A stretch of 63,618 nucleotides of DNA, the filler included, from Collodictyon triciliatum (lineage: Eukaryota): NCBI GenBank assembly GCA_043381765.1. It is 7 parts of 7 records of this genome, joined end to end, with 100 filler letters (N's around TTAATTAATTAA, not from the genome) between each part and the next. Parts side by side here need not be neighbours in the genome. Positions count along the whole stretch, not along the records: positions 15,120 to 23,122 come from JBHJMP010003629.1; positions 23,223 to 31,224 come from JBHJMP010003630.1; positions 31,325 to 39,323 come from JBHJMP010003631.1; 4 more parts are not named here. One strand, given 5' to 3'. This document shows, piece after piece, positions 21,201 to 33,600 of the stretch. The notes beneath the pieces were generated by a model. It was not told the DNA's origin. It did not search any database and was given only the letters and a program-made list of their open reading frames with translations. Each line of letters starts with the position of its first letter. Position 1 is the first letter of the stretch. Position numbers and translations under genes: made by a program.

Positions 21201-22367
21201 TCGATTTTACTTAATTTTTCTATTTCCCTTTCTTCCTTTCCTTGGCCTGCAATTTTCCTTTTTTTTTTTTATAACATTTCTTTCTCTTTTTGAAAAAAAA
21301 TTACGATTATCTTAAATACACCGCTCTTAGGTACTAAAGTGGCGTTGGCTCTTTGGCTTTCTAATGGCTGATTTATTTGAAAGTAACCTCGACCATCCAC
21401 GACATTGTAATGCATCCCAGCAACATGATGAACAACAGGAACAAGACTGAAGCAAGTATTCCAGCTTTTGAGAATGCATATGGTAGTCCAAGAACCCCGG
21501 CACCGACTGGATATCAATAGATGAAAGGAAAGTAATTAATAGATCTATATTTAGAAAGAATGATGCTTGATTCTATTTGTTGTCTCTATATTTGTAACGA
21601 TGCAAGTAAATTTCGTATTTTTGGCAAACCCAGGAAGTTGACCGTGAAAACAACTATAGTAGAAAATCATATTTATTGTGAGAAAATCAAGTTTGATAAA
21701 GAATGAGTCATTTATTGTGATTTTATAATTGCTGGGTGGTGGTCTAAAGGCAAGGACATGTCAGAAATATAATGATTCAGAAAGAAGAAAAAGAGTGGAA
21801 ATGGTACATGAGACAATTGGTTTATATCCCTCAGATGTGTCCTCTTCAAAGTTTGACGAGGAGGCTCGTAGAAGTGGAAGACTGGGCTTCATGTAACCGG
21901 AATCTCTCGTGAATGAGCTTCCCTCACTTTCAACAGAGAAAAAAATCGAAATAGTTTATTTTAAATAATTACATCGCTACCAAAGATACAATGATGAACC
22001 ATCAAAAGAAAGTACGTTGTGTTGGCACCGGTTTTTTTCTGTGTGTATGATCGTTGCGACATGGTTTAACCAGATATCTTTATTTCAACTATTTCTCTCT
22101 TTTTCTCTTTTTTCTCTCTTTTTTCTCTCTTTTTTCTCTTTTTTTTTCTCTTTTTTTTCTCTTTTTTTTCTCTTTTTCTCTCTTTTCTCTCTTTTTTCTC
22201 TTTTTCTCTTTTTCTCTTTTTCTCTCTTTTCTCTCTTTTCTCTCTTTTTTTCTCTTTTTTCTCTCTTTTTTCTCTCTTTTTTCGTATTTAATTATATGGA
22301 GCCACTTTTAACTTCGGGTCAAATATAGTATGGACAGCACTGAATACCTAAACTGTGGGCTTTGCAT
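18275..22367 (-). CDS. Amino-acid transporter, Aa_trans/SLC38 superfamily (TMEM104-like)
   Basis: Spliced exons: SFVFTVNFLVGAGVLGLPYAFSKAGILASVLFLLFIMLLGCITMSWMVE, FEASEIVEFFLGTTG, SYVVVLFPCLTVSCAFPLY, NFTGIFGFFLMFFFPALLQY...NTPYSWVFS. The start is uncertain (22367, 21892 or further upstream). Confidence 0.85.
22092..22281. repeat. Polypyrimidine (T/C) low-complexity tract
   Basis: Degenerate TTTTTCTC repeats. Confidence 0.9.
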
Positions 22368-23122
22368 GTTCGTTTGCTTCGTTCTTGGGCTTTCCTTAGT
22401 CGAAGTGTCGTCCCTGAATGCTTTTTTTTTTCAAGAAGCTGGGCGTCGACCTACGAACAAGAAGCAGATATATATGAAAAGTTTCCGCAAAAGGGCGACG
22501 ACATATCACTCTGATTCAGCCCGCTGAGCTCGCTTACTCGGCTCTAACCACTACCCTTGCAAAACCACAACCCAATACCAACAAAGACAAAAAAATAATA
22601 ATAATAATAATAATTAAATGAGCCCAGTGAAGAATAAATATAAAAACTTTGCTACAGACAATAAATGACCCTTCTGCTCTTCATCAAACCGTGGTTTGTG
22701 GTTTGTGGTTGAGCCTGGCTAGAATGACTGCGCAAGTTGTTGCGGCGACCGATCGAAAACACCCGCCGTAGAAGCCCCTTTCCCAGTTCTAGTTCAAATG
22801 AGCGAAGCGTTGTGGCTATTCTATAAGTGGTATTTATGTATGTTCCTGCGAAGGCGGATTGTACAATACAGGGTCAAAGCGCAATATAAAGCCATGTTAT
22901 ACACCTCGGCAACTTATATTACATAATGGTGTGATAAAAGACTGCAATTATACCGATGCGACAAATTTGAAAGCTAGTGAAGTCAGATGAATACAATTAG
23001 AATTATATTCCAGTATAGCTCAGATTGTCTGAAACAATGTTCCAATTAGACCACTTAAGCATCAAGAAAAAAAAAACAGAATATTCAGAATCAGAAAAAA
23101 AGGAAAAAAAAAAGGAAAAAAA

Positions 23123-23222
23123 NNNNNNNNNNNNNNNNNNNNNNNNNNNNNNNNNNNNNNNNNNNNTTAATTAATTAANNNNNNNNNNNNNNNNNNNNNN
23201 NNNNNNNNNNNNNNNNNNNNNN
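23123..23222. other. Artificial scaffold linker
   Basis: TTAATTAATTAA at 23167-23178 between N runs. Confidence 0.98.
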
Positions 23223-23397
23223 AAAAAGAAAGAAAAAAGAAAGAAAAAAGAAAGAAAAAAGAAAGAAAAAAGAAAGAAAAAAGAAAGAAAAAAGAAAGAA
23301 AAAAGAAAGAAAAAAGAAAGAAAAAAGAAAGAAAAAAGAAAGAAAAAAGAAAGAAAAAAGAAAGAAAAAAGAAAGAAAAAAGAAAGAAAAAAGAAAG
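23223..23397. repeat. (AAAAAAGAAAGA)n 12-mer purine repeat
   Basis: Direct tandem repeat at scaffold start. Confidence 0.95.
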
Positions 23398-23466
23398 AGA
23401 CTTATGACGATGATGTGATATAAGATGAATTTTTTTCTTATCATTAACTGTAATATTTGCATCACC

Positions 23467-25440
23467 TGGTGGATTCAGGTCGACTTTGTAGATTGTATCT
23501 ATTGTAAAGGAGCCAAACAAATGCCTCAGCTTGCCACCTTTTTTACCTATTTTCAAATGAAATCCATGCACTGACCTTTTCCCTGATAAAAATTCGTTGA
23601 TTTCTACGTATAAAAGATTGCTTGATATGGTCCCTTTTCCGATGTGCCAAACATGGTTTATGACACCCATCCAGGTGACCCTTGATTGGAACTGCCTGAT
23701 GTAAAGCCTTGTATTCTTATTTGAATTAAACCAAACACCACTGACCTAGACATGAATCAAAGGGGTATGGCCATGGTCTTAATTATTTGCACTTCATACA
23801 CACACATGCCTACCTTCAAAAAATTAACCTAATCTTTTAGTTTTATCTGATATAACTATATTCAATAAAGAATTGTACCGAGACAGTGCCAGTATCTAAA
23901 CGTCCTGGATAATTATGACTGTGCCCCCAGAAACTCTTATACATATTCCAAAATCGATCAACACACCGATAAAAGTATTCATATCGCTGAGGCTCTCCAG
24001 GGCGTTCGATTGTGTATCTTTTATATACATTTTTTTCCGTTTAAAATGCCAGTGATTAGATTACAGAAGGATTTATAAGCAGCTAAAACGATGAAACAGG
24101 TACGATATAACCTCTTTCCATAGCCTATATGAGGATGTGGTATCTCCACCAACCAGGTTTTCTCAGCTCCTTGGTCTACAGAGCTGATAAAAAACATATG
24201 TGTATTCATTAAGCGATTGTAATCACCTTGGTAAACGTTTTGAACATCCCATAAGGCTTCGAAGGGAAAAACCTATATGTTACAAATAATTAAGAATCGA
24301 ATAAAGGAATGTTACAAAGAATTATGGTTTCATTTTTGGTGGGCAGGACAGTATGCATTTCATCACATCGCGTAAGGTTTAGTTATTTTAATTAGCCCAT
24401 TCACACCTGGACAGAATATGGATATTTCCAATAAAGTAACAGAAAGCCTAGCTCTCCACCATCATATGATTTTAAAGTCTTTGTTTTCTCTATAATATTA
24501 TCATATTCTGCCTGGCTGGGAGTCAACCCAATGACGGCAGGGTTTGTGAGGTTTTTTACGTGTGCGACATATACGTACGCAGTTGATGGAGTTGAAGCGT
24601 GAAAAAATGCATCTGAATTGGCCATCGGCACTACATCGCTATCAATGAGTAACACACGGCGATACTCGGTAAGTTGCCATGCCCGAAACTTGGAATAGGT
24701 GACCATATATCTTTTCGAGGAAAATGTAAACAAATGGAAGGAGTCTTCAGAGTTTGGGTTATCCACCATACTAATACACTTTGTTCTTACTCCAGCCGCA
24801 TGAAAAGACTTCACATAAAACTCTGGGAGGTCTGAAAAATGGAGTACAACACGATCGTAGTTTGTACCTGGGAAAAGTATGTATGAATTGTTGAGTAAAT
24901 AATACCATCCAGCATCTTGGGCAGTAAAAACTAAATTGGAGGGGGCTTTTTTATGTAAAAAAATAAAATAAAATAGCGATGAATTAACCAGGTGCCTTTT
25001 GTTTCTTCGGTGAAAGAGTAATACAATCATAGAGTGAAATAATAAAGAATGAAATAATGAAATGATAAAATAATGAAATGATAAAATGATAAAATGATAA
25101 AATGATAAAATGATAAAAGAATAAAAAGAATAAAAAGAATAAAAAGAATAAAAAGAATAAAAAGAATAAAAAGAATAAAAAGAATAAAAAGAATAAAAAG
25201 AATANNNNNNNNNNNNNNNNNNNNNNNNNNNNNNNNNNNNNNNAGAATAAAAAGAATAAAAAGAATAAAAAGAATAAAAAGAATAAAAAGAATAAAAAGA
25301 ATAAAAACAAAAGCATACAAACGAACAATAAGGGCCAAAAACATTTAATCGCTTTTAAAGTCCAACTCACCCTGTAATCGACTCTGATAATATGTGGACC
25401 ATACTCCAAATGGATTCACACCACAAATGCACCTCAACAT
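23467..25440 (-). CDS. GT8 (glycogenin/PGSIP-like) glycosyltransferase with an unknown C-terminal domain; 3' end beyond scaffold
   Basis: GT8 motifs TYSKFRAWQLTEYRRVLLIDSD (DxD), IGLTPSQAEY and SYDGGELGFL. Four further in-frame GT-AG exons run down to about 23467. The first exon (ATG 25440, donor GTGAGT near 25370) is tentative. Confidence 0.8.
25060..25306. repeat. (ATGATAAA)n and (AATAAAAAG)n intronic repeats with an internal gap
   Basis: Direct tandem 8- and 9-mers. Confidence 0.92.
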
Positions 25441-25461
25441 GAAGATAGTTCCTTTCACCAA

Positions 25462-28400
25462 ATGGACTTCACACCTGTGGGAACAAATTCTGAGTTCGAT
25501 ACTTCATTTCCACGAATGAAGGGAAAGCTTATTGAAAAACGCGAATCAAACAATACAAGTACCCAGCGAGCTTATGAGCACTCTCAACCACATCGCGAAG
25601 GCAACTTTGAGTTGATATCAGTGGATGCAAAAAGTATCTCACCTGAGGTCGAGGAAGGAAAAAAGTGGTCTACGGTTCACCATAGCCAAACAGCCAAGAC
25701 GGCCGAATCACTGTCTTTATCTTCTGAAGCGCATATGCCTGTTATTGTGCAAGGGATAATATCTCGACTACACTTGCATGATGGAGAGCTAGCCCCTGCA
25801 AAATTCAATTACGGGACAAAACGGTTCAAGAATCACCACAATTATTCCCCCTACCTTTCCCATAAGATTAACTTGAATATATGTTTCTCTCTCTCTCTAA
25901 CGGTTTCCTCCATCATTTCCAACACGCGCAGATTTGAAGAAAACATACTCGAGATGGAGTACCGTGAGTACACATGCACAAGGTCGATATTGATGCTCTT
26001 ATACACAAGTATGTTTGGGTTTCTTTATGGCGCAAGCAACGTTTTGAGTAGGCAAGTGGTTTGACTTTGCACTTTTTTTTTATTCATTGAGATTTATGAT
26101 ATTATTTTCGGAGTCATAAATTTAACGTTATCGCCATCACATTCAGGCATCAGGAAGGTGCCATGGGTTCAGCCATCAACTATGCTATGATGTCGGTCTT
26201 TTCTCTTGCAATTTCTGTGTACTCGTTCATCTTGAGGTCAAAGTACCAAAATGAAAAAATCGTATCGAAGTATTCCAGGTAGTAACTTTGGTTAATACAC
26301 CATAACTTTCTAAAATATGAAGAGTTATTCTATAAAATAAATCTCGAAATGCTTCTAATTATAATTATATTAGGAGATACTTCATAACCCATGGACTTCT
26401 CTTCTTCGGTATCATCACCCTTTTTAGTCTGCAAATAGTTACCTATTTGTCAGACAGAGTTCTTAGTGAGTTGGAAATCATCGTTATGGTAATACCCTAC
26501 CCATATGGGATTATGTCACAAATCAGTCAAGCGTTCATTAAATAAACGCCTTCTTTCCTAAACCGACCATATTTCAATAGATTTTCGTGATTGTTATTCC
26601 TGGAGACTACCCAACACAGATAGGAATTACTATATATTCCAACACGCTTCCGTTAATTTTGCTATTGATAGTTGAGACTGACTACTATGTCGTGTATCGG
26701 GCTATGATGCCTCTCGTCATGACATCCGTCATCAGTATCTCGGCTCTAAAAGACATCGATGAGCAAAGGCGGAAGTAAATAAGTGACTTATTTATATGTG
26801 TGCCTTAATATGACGAAACCCATGGTGGCAAACCACTGAATCACAGTTAAAAAATTTTAGTTCATTTTATGCAAGAAAATCGATGGTGAATATAAAGGAA
26901 GATGTTGAAAAGACTAAAACGAATACAAACAAGCTTCTTGCCAATTTATATCCAAGGTTTTCCTTGTTACATCTTTATTGTAAAAATTGGTGCATTGTTA
27001 GCTGAACCTGCTTAAAGCTCAATTTTTTTAAATAGGCCAGTTATGAACTCGATAATCAGAGCATATAACTATTATCCATCCTATTCATCAAATAACTCTG
27101 GAATTTTATGCATTTCCATGAGTATCATTGGAGATGAAATAGAAATAGACGGAAAGATAATAACAAGTATATCAGAAACGTATAGGTATTTTATTAATAT
27201 TTTTTCCATTCTCCATAATTTTTTTAATGAAATATGTGTCTCCAACATAGATTTGTCTGGTCCATGATGAAGAGGTAATATTTAAATATCGCACAAATCA
27301 GAGCGATCAAAGGAGATGCATTTTTTGAGAATATTCACATTCCTTGCAATAGGTGGAACATTCATAAGCTAAAGACATCAGGTTTAATTTTTCATCGAGG
27401 ATGATGTCAAATATGTATGATAGTTAATTCTAAGAATTTTTAATGTACCAAAAACAATGCGTCATCATCCGATGGAATATTAGGGTTATGTATAATGGTA
27501 GGCGACTGAATTGCATGCATAGCTTCATATTTTCTTCATAGAAATATTTTAAATCAAAATCAGCTCTAATTATTACAAATAAAGGGGGTAAGTGGGTTAT
27601 TCGGAGAGGATTGCAAAGATCTGATTCACTTTTCGAATATTTTAACCCAAGAGTTTTCAAAAAAATTTATAGAACCAAAGGTATTAAATGGATCAAATTT
27701 TACAACTTTGTAAAAATATCTGGAATCAAAATAAATATACTATACCCTGTAAATAGGTTACCTTTTCTATTGGAATAAGCTGCGCAAATGTATTCGGAGG
27801 GTTGATTTCATGCAACACAACAAACTTCACCGTAATAGGGAAAGGTTAGCTTGCAGCATATTCCGCCATTTTGTCTGCTAGAGATTGCATCTTGAGATTT
27901 GAAGGTTATATTTGATTTTAATAGGGTTGACATATGCAATTGATGCGGCGTTACAATCAAAAATTTTGGGTATTACAGTTGACGATAATAGTAAGTTGGC
28001 ATATGAAAATGAACAAGAGGTATTGAATATTGTTTAAAAATCATAAAAAAAAATGCTCTTCGAAGTTTTAAGCTCGGATGTATTAAAACATATATTTTTG
28101 AATATGTACTGCTGGTTTGAAGAAACTTCCATGGTATTTTGAACAAGTTTGTACCGACAGAGATGTGAATTTCTGGGAGTTGAGGTAGAAAATAGTTACA
28201 GGCATAGTCGATGAATCAGTCGTCCAGTCCAAAGAAATCGAAGATCTCTTTGATGAAAAGAACACACTCGATGGTGTTGAGCAACACGTCATGCAGGAAA
28301 AGGTGTTTTTTTTTCTAATGCCATCAAATTTTGCGAAGCAGTCAGCATGCTTACACTCTAGGACTAACCATAAAAAAAAATAAAATTATTATAAAAAATA

Positions 28401-30880
28401 AAACAAAAAACAGGTTGACACAGCCTCTTCAAATCCATTCAAGAGAGCCCTTCGTGATAGAGGAATTTACGCCTACTTGGGAGATTATCGCTTTTCTGAT
28501 GATGATACAGAAAGGAAGTTTCTAGAAAGCAACGAATCAGTGGATAACTATCATGTAGTACTGTAAGAATTTCTTTACATAATATATTAGTGACTCTACA
28601 GAATATTATATCTATGGATTTCACTAATTTTTTCGTTGAATAAATAGAGGCCAAATCAGTTCAATTACTTTATGTTGTCTGCTGTTTGGGTTAGTCGACC
28701 TTAGCATATTGATAAATCCAGTGATATTAGACCTTAGTCAGGAAGGAATCATATTCGCACGATACTTTGTCGTATTACCAATTATGATACTCTCATGCTT
28801 GACTTTTTCTCTTTGGAATCCTGAAACAATGCGTGGAAAAAATGAAAATATGATATGGAATATTCCTGGTATTATGGGCACACTGTATTCTCTTTACATT
28901 CTAGGGAAACTGTTTATAATCTACGGGAATCCGAAATACTCTGATTCTTTGTCCTTCGACCTCAATATGTTTTTCTTTACCGAGATTTTTGAGGCTGGAA
29001 TTTTTTTTGTTTCGGTGATTTCTATTCCACCAGTCTTTGTGTATGGACACTTGATCATATGGTTGTTATATTGCTCCTTCCTCTTTGTGGCCTTTACCAG
29101 TAATATTGGGTAAGTGTGACATGATATGACCTTTTGCATCCTTTACTAATAACAATAATTATATCGACAAATGTAAAAAGGACTTTCATATGCTTCTTTT
29201 TTCAACTGTAATTCATACAGGTTTGAAGAGTCAGAGAGAGGAATTAAAATAGGAACTGTGATTTTACCGCCAATGATTCTGTTCTGGAGCTTTGTTGCAT
29301 ATAGAGATTTTATTGCCAGGAAGAAATTTCTTGATGAAAAATACCTTACCGAAGTATGTTTTTTTTTTTTAAAAAAAAAATAAAAATAAAAAATCATTAA
29401 TTTTTTTTTTTTTTTTGCAATACACAGGCTATTAAAACTGCATTTGAAGAAACCGAAGCTTCAGAAAGAGCTTTAAAGTCTTCAATCACTCAAGAGTTAC
29501 TGGCTGGGTTGAAGGAAAAGAAGGAATCCAAAATTAAAAGCGAAGAGAATGAAATAGTCACTACCATAAATATCAACAGCTATTTACTCTATGATGAAAC
29601 CTTGGATGCAGAGTCCAAGTTTCGTCTTATTTCGGGTATAGAAATTTCAAAAAAAAAAAACAACTCTTTTTTAATTGTAGTAACAATAATAATGTACGTC
29701 CATAATTTCTCAACATAATGCCCGCACAATCAGTTTTTTTTTAGTCTTGTCATCAACTATTTTGATGTATTCAAAGAAATTGAAGGTCTTTGTGACAAGA
29801 TGGATATGGAAATGGTCCAGACCTTTGGAAGCTTTGCCGTTGTAAGACGTATTCCTTTTTATTGTAACAAGAAACTGTACATAATCCTCAGAAGTATGAA
29901 AATAAGGAAGAAACAATAGCTCAACTGTTGAGGAAATAAAACCGTTGAGAGCTAATCATTTGAATTTCTTGCAGATTGTCCAGAAACATAATGAAAAAAA
30001 GGGGTGCATTGCAAAACAAGTCTATCACAGCCTGTCATTTTCTTTTCAGGTACGCAGGATTATAAATGTTGACGTCACCATCACTGGCATCATCCCAACA
30101 GAAAAATAATCCATGATTTAACTTGCTCTCTCCTTCCTTTCAATTCGCCTGTAAAGCTTCGAAGTGCTCTTGAATTGTTCAGCAATCTAATGAAGCACTC
30201 ACCTGTTGGTGTGTCTATTGGACTTGATGTCGGGAGAGTAACAACTGGAATAATAGGTAAAAATACCCTTGTTTTGCGCGGAAGTAGTTGCACTCGCCTT
30301 CTGTTATTATCAATTTTTTTTTTTTTATCATTTTAAACGAGCCTCTATTATCGATACATGAACCGTATGCTATCCTTCTACAGGACACGACGACTTTGTC
30401 TGTGAATGCTTTGGGGCGCCAAGTATATTCCCTTAGCATTCCAATATTTTTTTTCCAGTTCGTCATATTTTGAGAAAGATTTTAATTGCTGAGGCTTTTA
30501 TCACCAGTTTATTTATTTTTGACATTATCAATTATCGAACCACCTATTCAAACTCAAAGATATTTACGAAATTAGTTTTTAATTCGAGGGCGATTGCACA
30601 GAAAGCACCCGCGGGATGCATCTATGTAGAAACACGTGTTTTCAACGATTGAAGAAGAAAAAAAAGAAAGACTTTCGTTTCCCCTACTAACCAGAGATTC
30701 TTCGGTTGACCCTGATTGTAGGTAACAGAGCGAGTAAGTAACGAAATTAGAGACGATTCGCAATACAAGTCGCTCTTTGTGAAGGACTTTAGTATTCCGC
30801 ACAGACAAACCAAGATATTCAGTATCTACGAAGATTTTGATGTAGAGAAAATGTTTCTTTCGTCTATTGATTGGCTTTAA
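25462..30880 (+). CDS. Membrane class III nucleotidyl-cyclase-like protein, 2x(TM cluster + cyclase domain), catalytically degenerate
   Basis: RFEENILEMEYREY precedes TM cluster 1. C1: HKLKTSGLCIM...FSIGISCANVFGGLI...FTVIGKG. TM cluster 2 is at 28650-29300. C2: MEMVQTFGSFAV...VSIGLDVGRVTTGIIG...APAGCIY. Stop TAA at 30878-30880. Confidence 0.8.
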
Positions 30881-31116
30881 TTATCATGGGTAGTTGATTT
30901 CAAATGAAATAGATATATCTGTTCCTAGATTACTTTACTCTACCTTTCTGGCGATACCATACAATACGAATTATATTTATCCATTTTTCCTTGGATAGTG
31001 TTGTATAAATAAACAGAAAATTATGTAAACTGGACCGTGTGAAATTTTTTTCAATTGGGAGATTTCTTCTTTTAATTGCTTAATGTTTATGGTAGGGCAA
31101 CTGGCAAGATAAAAAT

Positions 31117-31224
31117 AAGAGAAAGGAAGAGAGAAAAGAAGAGAGAAAAGAAGAGAGAAAAGAAGAGAGAAAAGAAGAGAGAAAAGAAGAGAGAAAAGAA
31201 GAGAGAAAAGAAGAGAGAAAAGAA
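31117..31224. repeat. (GAGAGAAAAGAA)n 12-mer repeat
   Basis: Direct tandem repeat at scaffold end. Confidence 0.95.
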
Positions 31225-31324
31225 NNNNNNNNNNNNNNNNNNNNNNNNNNNNNNNNNNNNNNNNNNNNTTAATTAATTAANNNNNNNNNNNNNNNNNNNN
31301 NNNNNNNNNNNNNNNNNNNNNNNN
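31225..31324. other. Artificial scaffold linker
   Basis: TTAATTAATTAA at 31269-31280. Confidence 0.98.
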
Positions 31325-32160
31325 CCTTCCATGTCACCGTCGCTGTTGCTGTATGCGAGTATCTGATTTGAATCTTGTGGAATCTGTTGTTGCCTGGCAT
31401 TGGCTTCCTTGACGCCGCTGCTGCTTGTCTGCTTGGCAGGTGTATTCTTTTGCGGTGATTTTACTTTTCGTTCGTTGTTCGCGGCTGGCGGACGCTCTTT
31501 GAGGATGCGCTTTGGAAACTTTTTGCCCATGACCGTAAACTTTGCAGGGAGCTGGTTCTTGTGGCAAAGAAGCTTCACCACGGCCGTGTCTGTGAAGAAG
31601 CCTTTGTCCTTTTTGATATCTACGTGGGTCGGTCTGAACGGCTTCAGCTCCTCACGAATAAGTCGCAGTCATATGTTCAGCGGTTGTTAGTGGAGCATCA
31701 CCGAGGTCTCTGTTGGTTTACTTTTGCTGAAGCTGCTCGTAACATCAATCAAACTTACCTGCTTCAGCTTCAGAAGCTTTCGGGCGTTTTCTGCAGTGCG
31801 GAAGGCAATCAAGCAAAGGCCTTCGCTGTCCGGTAAGCGCAATTGGATGGACTCTTCCCAAAGTTTGTTCGCTTTCAAAAAGGAGGCGAGCGCATCTGTT
31901 AGCCTGCGGGCTTTGTTTTTGTTGTAAACGACTTGCTCGACACCATGTAAAAATACTGTCCGCTCAGACAAACTTGCAGGCGGCTTCCTTGCACGGGTCT
32001 TCCTGGACTTACGTGCAACTCGGGTTTTTCCGCGCCAGTGTTGGAACCAGAAGAGCCGGCTGCAACTTGCAAAGCCTTCGACGGGTCGCGGCTTGTGATT
32101 TCCATCAGGTGCGGGCTTGAGGAAGCTAAGGATTGTGAAGAGGTGTTGTGAGGATTTTTA
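31325..32160 (-). mobile_element. Decayed non-LTR retrotransposon ORF1-like (L1/Tx1-type RRM region)
   Basis: Intronless, GC-richer reading: GLCLIAFRTAENARKL...SVMLH*QPLNI*LRLIREELKPF...GFFTDTAVVKL...LPAKFTVMG. In-frame stops at 31687-31689 and 31669-31671, plus a frameshift near 31975. Confidence 0.55.
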
Positions 32161-32429
32161 TAATAAAAAAAGTGACGTTACCTAGTGTAAATACGTATAC
32201 ACACCTATATGTTTTTATCCCAAGAAGAAGAAAAAAAAAAAGAACGGGGTTATTTTTCTCAACCTTATTTTTGCGATATCGTTTTTCTCATAATAAAATG
32301 AAATAAAAAGAACATTTTTAGCCGCAGTGCACTTTAATTTTGGTGGGTATTTTTTTATTCAGATTTAGGTAGCGATGAACGCAAGAGAGGTAGACCTATT
32401 CTCAAGCCATTTTTTTCGCAACCAACTCA

Positions 32430-33600
32430 TATATCCTATCTGAATTCTCGTGTCGAGCGTAGGGTGCAGTCACAAAGAGTATGTCGTCTTCCAAATCAAC
32501 AGAGTATCCGTATCCATCAGACCGTCAGCCACAGTCGACTCTCACTCAAATATTTCCTCCCATTCATCGTGCTCGTTCTTTTTGAATATATATGCCGAAC
32601 CTGCAAAAGTAGTGGGAAATATATTAATATAAATTTAAATTGATCGAAAAACTAAAACTTCTTTCTACCTGGCATATTGCATGCTTTTTCTTTGAAACAC
32701 GGCTTGGCACTAACTCCTAGATTCTTCCCGCTCGTCGAAAAATTAAAACTGAATCCAAATCGCTTTCCAGCACGCACATTTTTCGGAGTGATTTTGGAAG
32801 CAAACACATACACATTGCCCTTGCTCGACTCATAAATCATTATCGAGCCTGTATTGGCCTCGATACTGCTATCGTAAGGAAAAGATGCATATAGAACATT
32901 GTTGATAAAGCGGATAGTCCAGCCAAATCCTTTGCTTTATGGCTCTTTAATGAGTTGTCGAAACCCCCATTCTTCATACATCTTCTCGTAAATTAATACA
33001 CCATCGAGGATACTTGTGATTGCTAATCTCGTATGACTTGCCAGAGAAACTGAACTGCCAAAAAATTGGTACCGATTTTGGCTCGGAGAAGTAATAACCG
33101 CAGTTCTAATGTATTTGCTAGCTGCATTTTCCATTATTTTTCTTTTTTCGTAAATGTAAACACATTCAGCATTTCGCCTGCTAGACAATATTGTATCTAC
33201 TGTATACAAGTAATTGTAAATCATCGCACCATTGCCATTAGTAGGCTCATAGCAGTCCCCCAAAGGCGCTCCAATTACAATTAATCCACGTAAACTTGTA
33301 ATACTGTCTCCGATGTGATTCATGTTAGAGTATTTTTATAATAAAAATATATTTTCTCAAACATACTTGTGGTCGCTGGTTATATTGTAAGTAACTATTG
33401 TCCCATTTTGGAGATTATATTTACCTCTATAAAGCAAAGAGGCAATCAGATTATTTTCATTGAGTTGCATGCTTTATCCCAAAAACCCAGTGCTTGTTTG
33501 CAAGCGGATTATAAAGTATTTTGCCAGGCACCCATCGCTCACGCTTAGTAAACGTAATGATGAAGTCACTGCCTAAATAATCATCGAAGTCCGAGGCTTT
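32430..33600 (-). pseudogene. FG-GAP / integrin-type beta-propeller repeat pseudogene
   Basis: Repeats: LIVIGAPL, QFFGSSVSL, KGFGWTI, KRFGFSF, GSAYIF...W, DGYGYSVDLEDDILFVTAPY. In-frame TAA at 32937-32939, TGA at 32542-32544 and a frameshift. Confidence 0.7.

Noticed and set aside
15120..25440. Glycosyltransferase cluster (GT8-GT64 and GT8 genes near each other)
   Set aside because: The two genes are on different scaffolds separated by an artificial linker.
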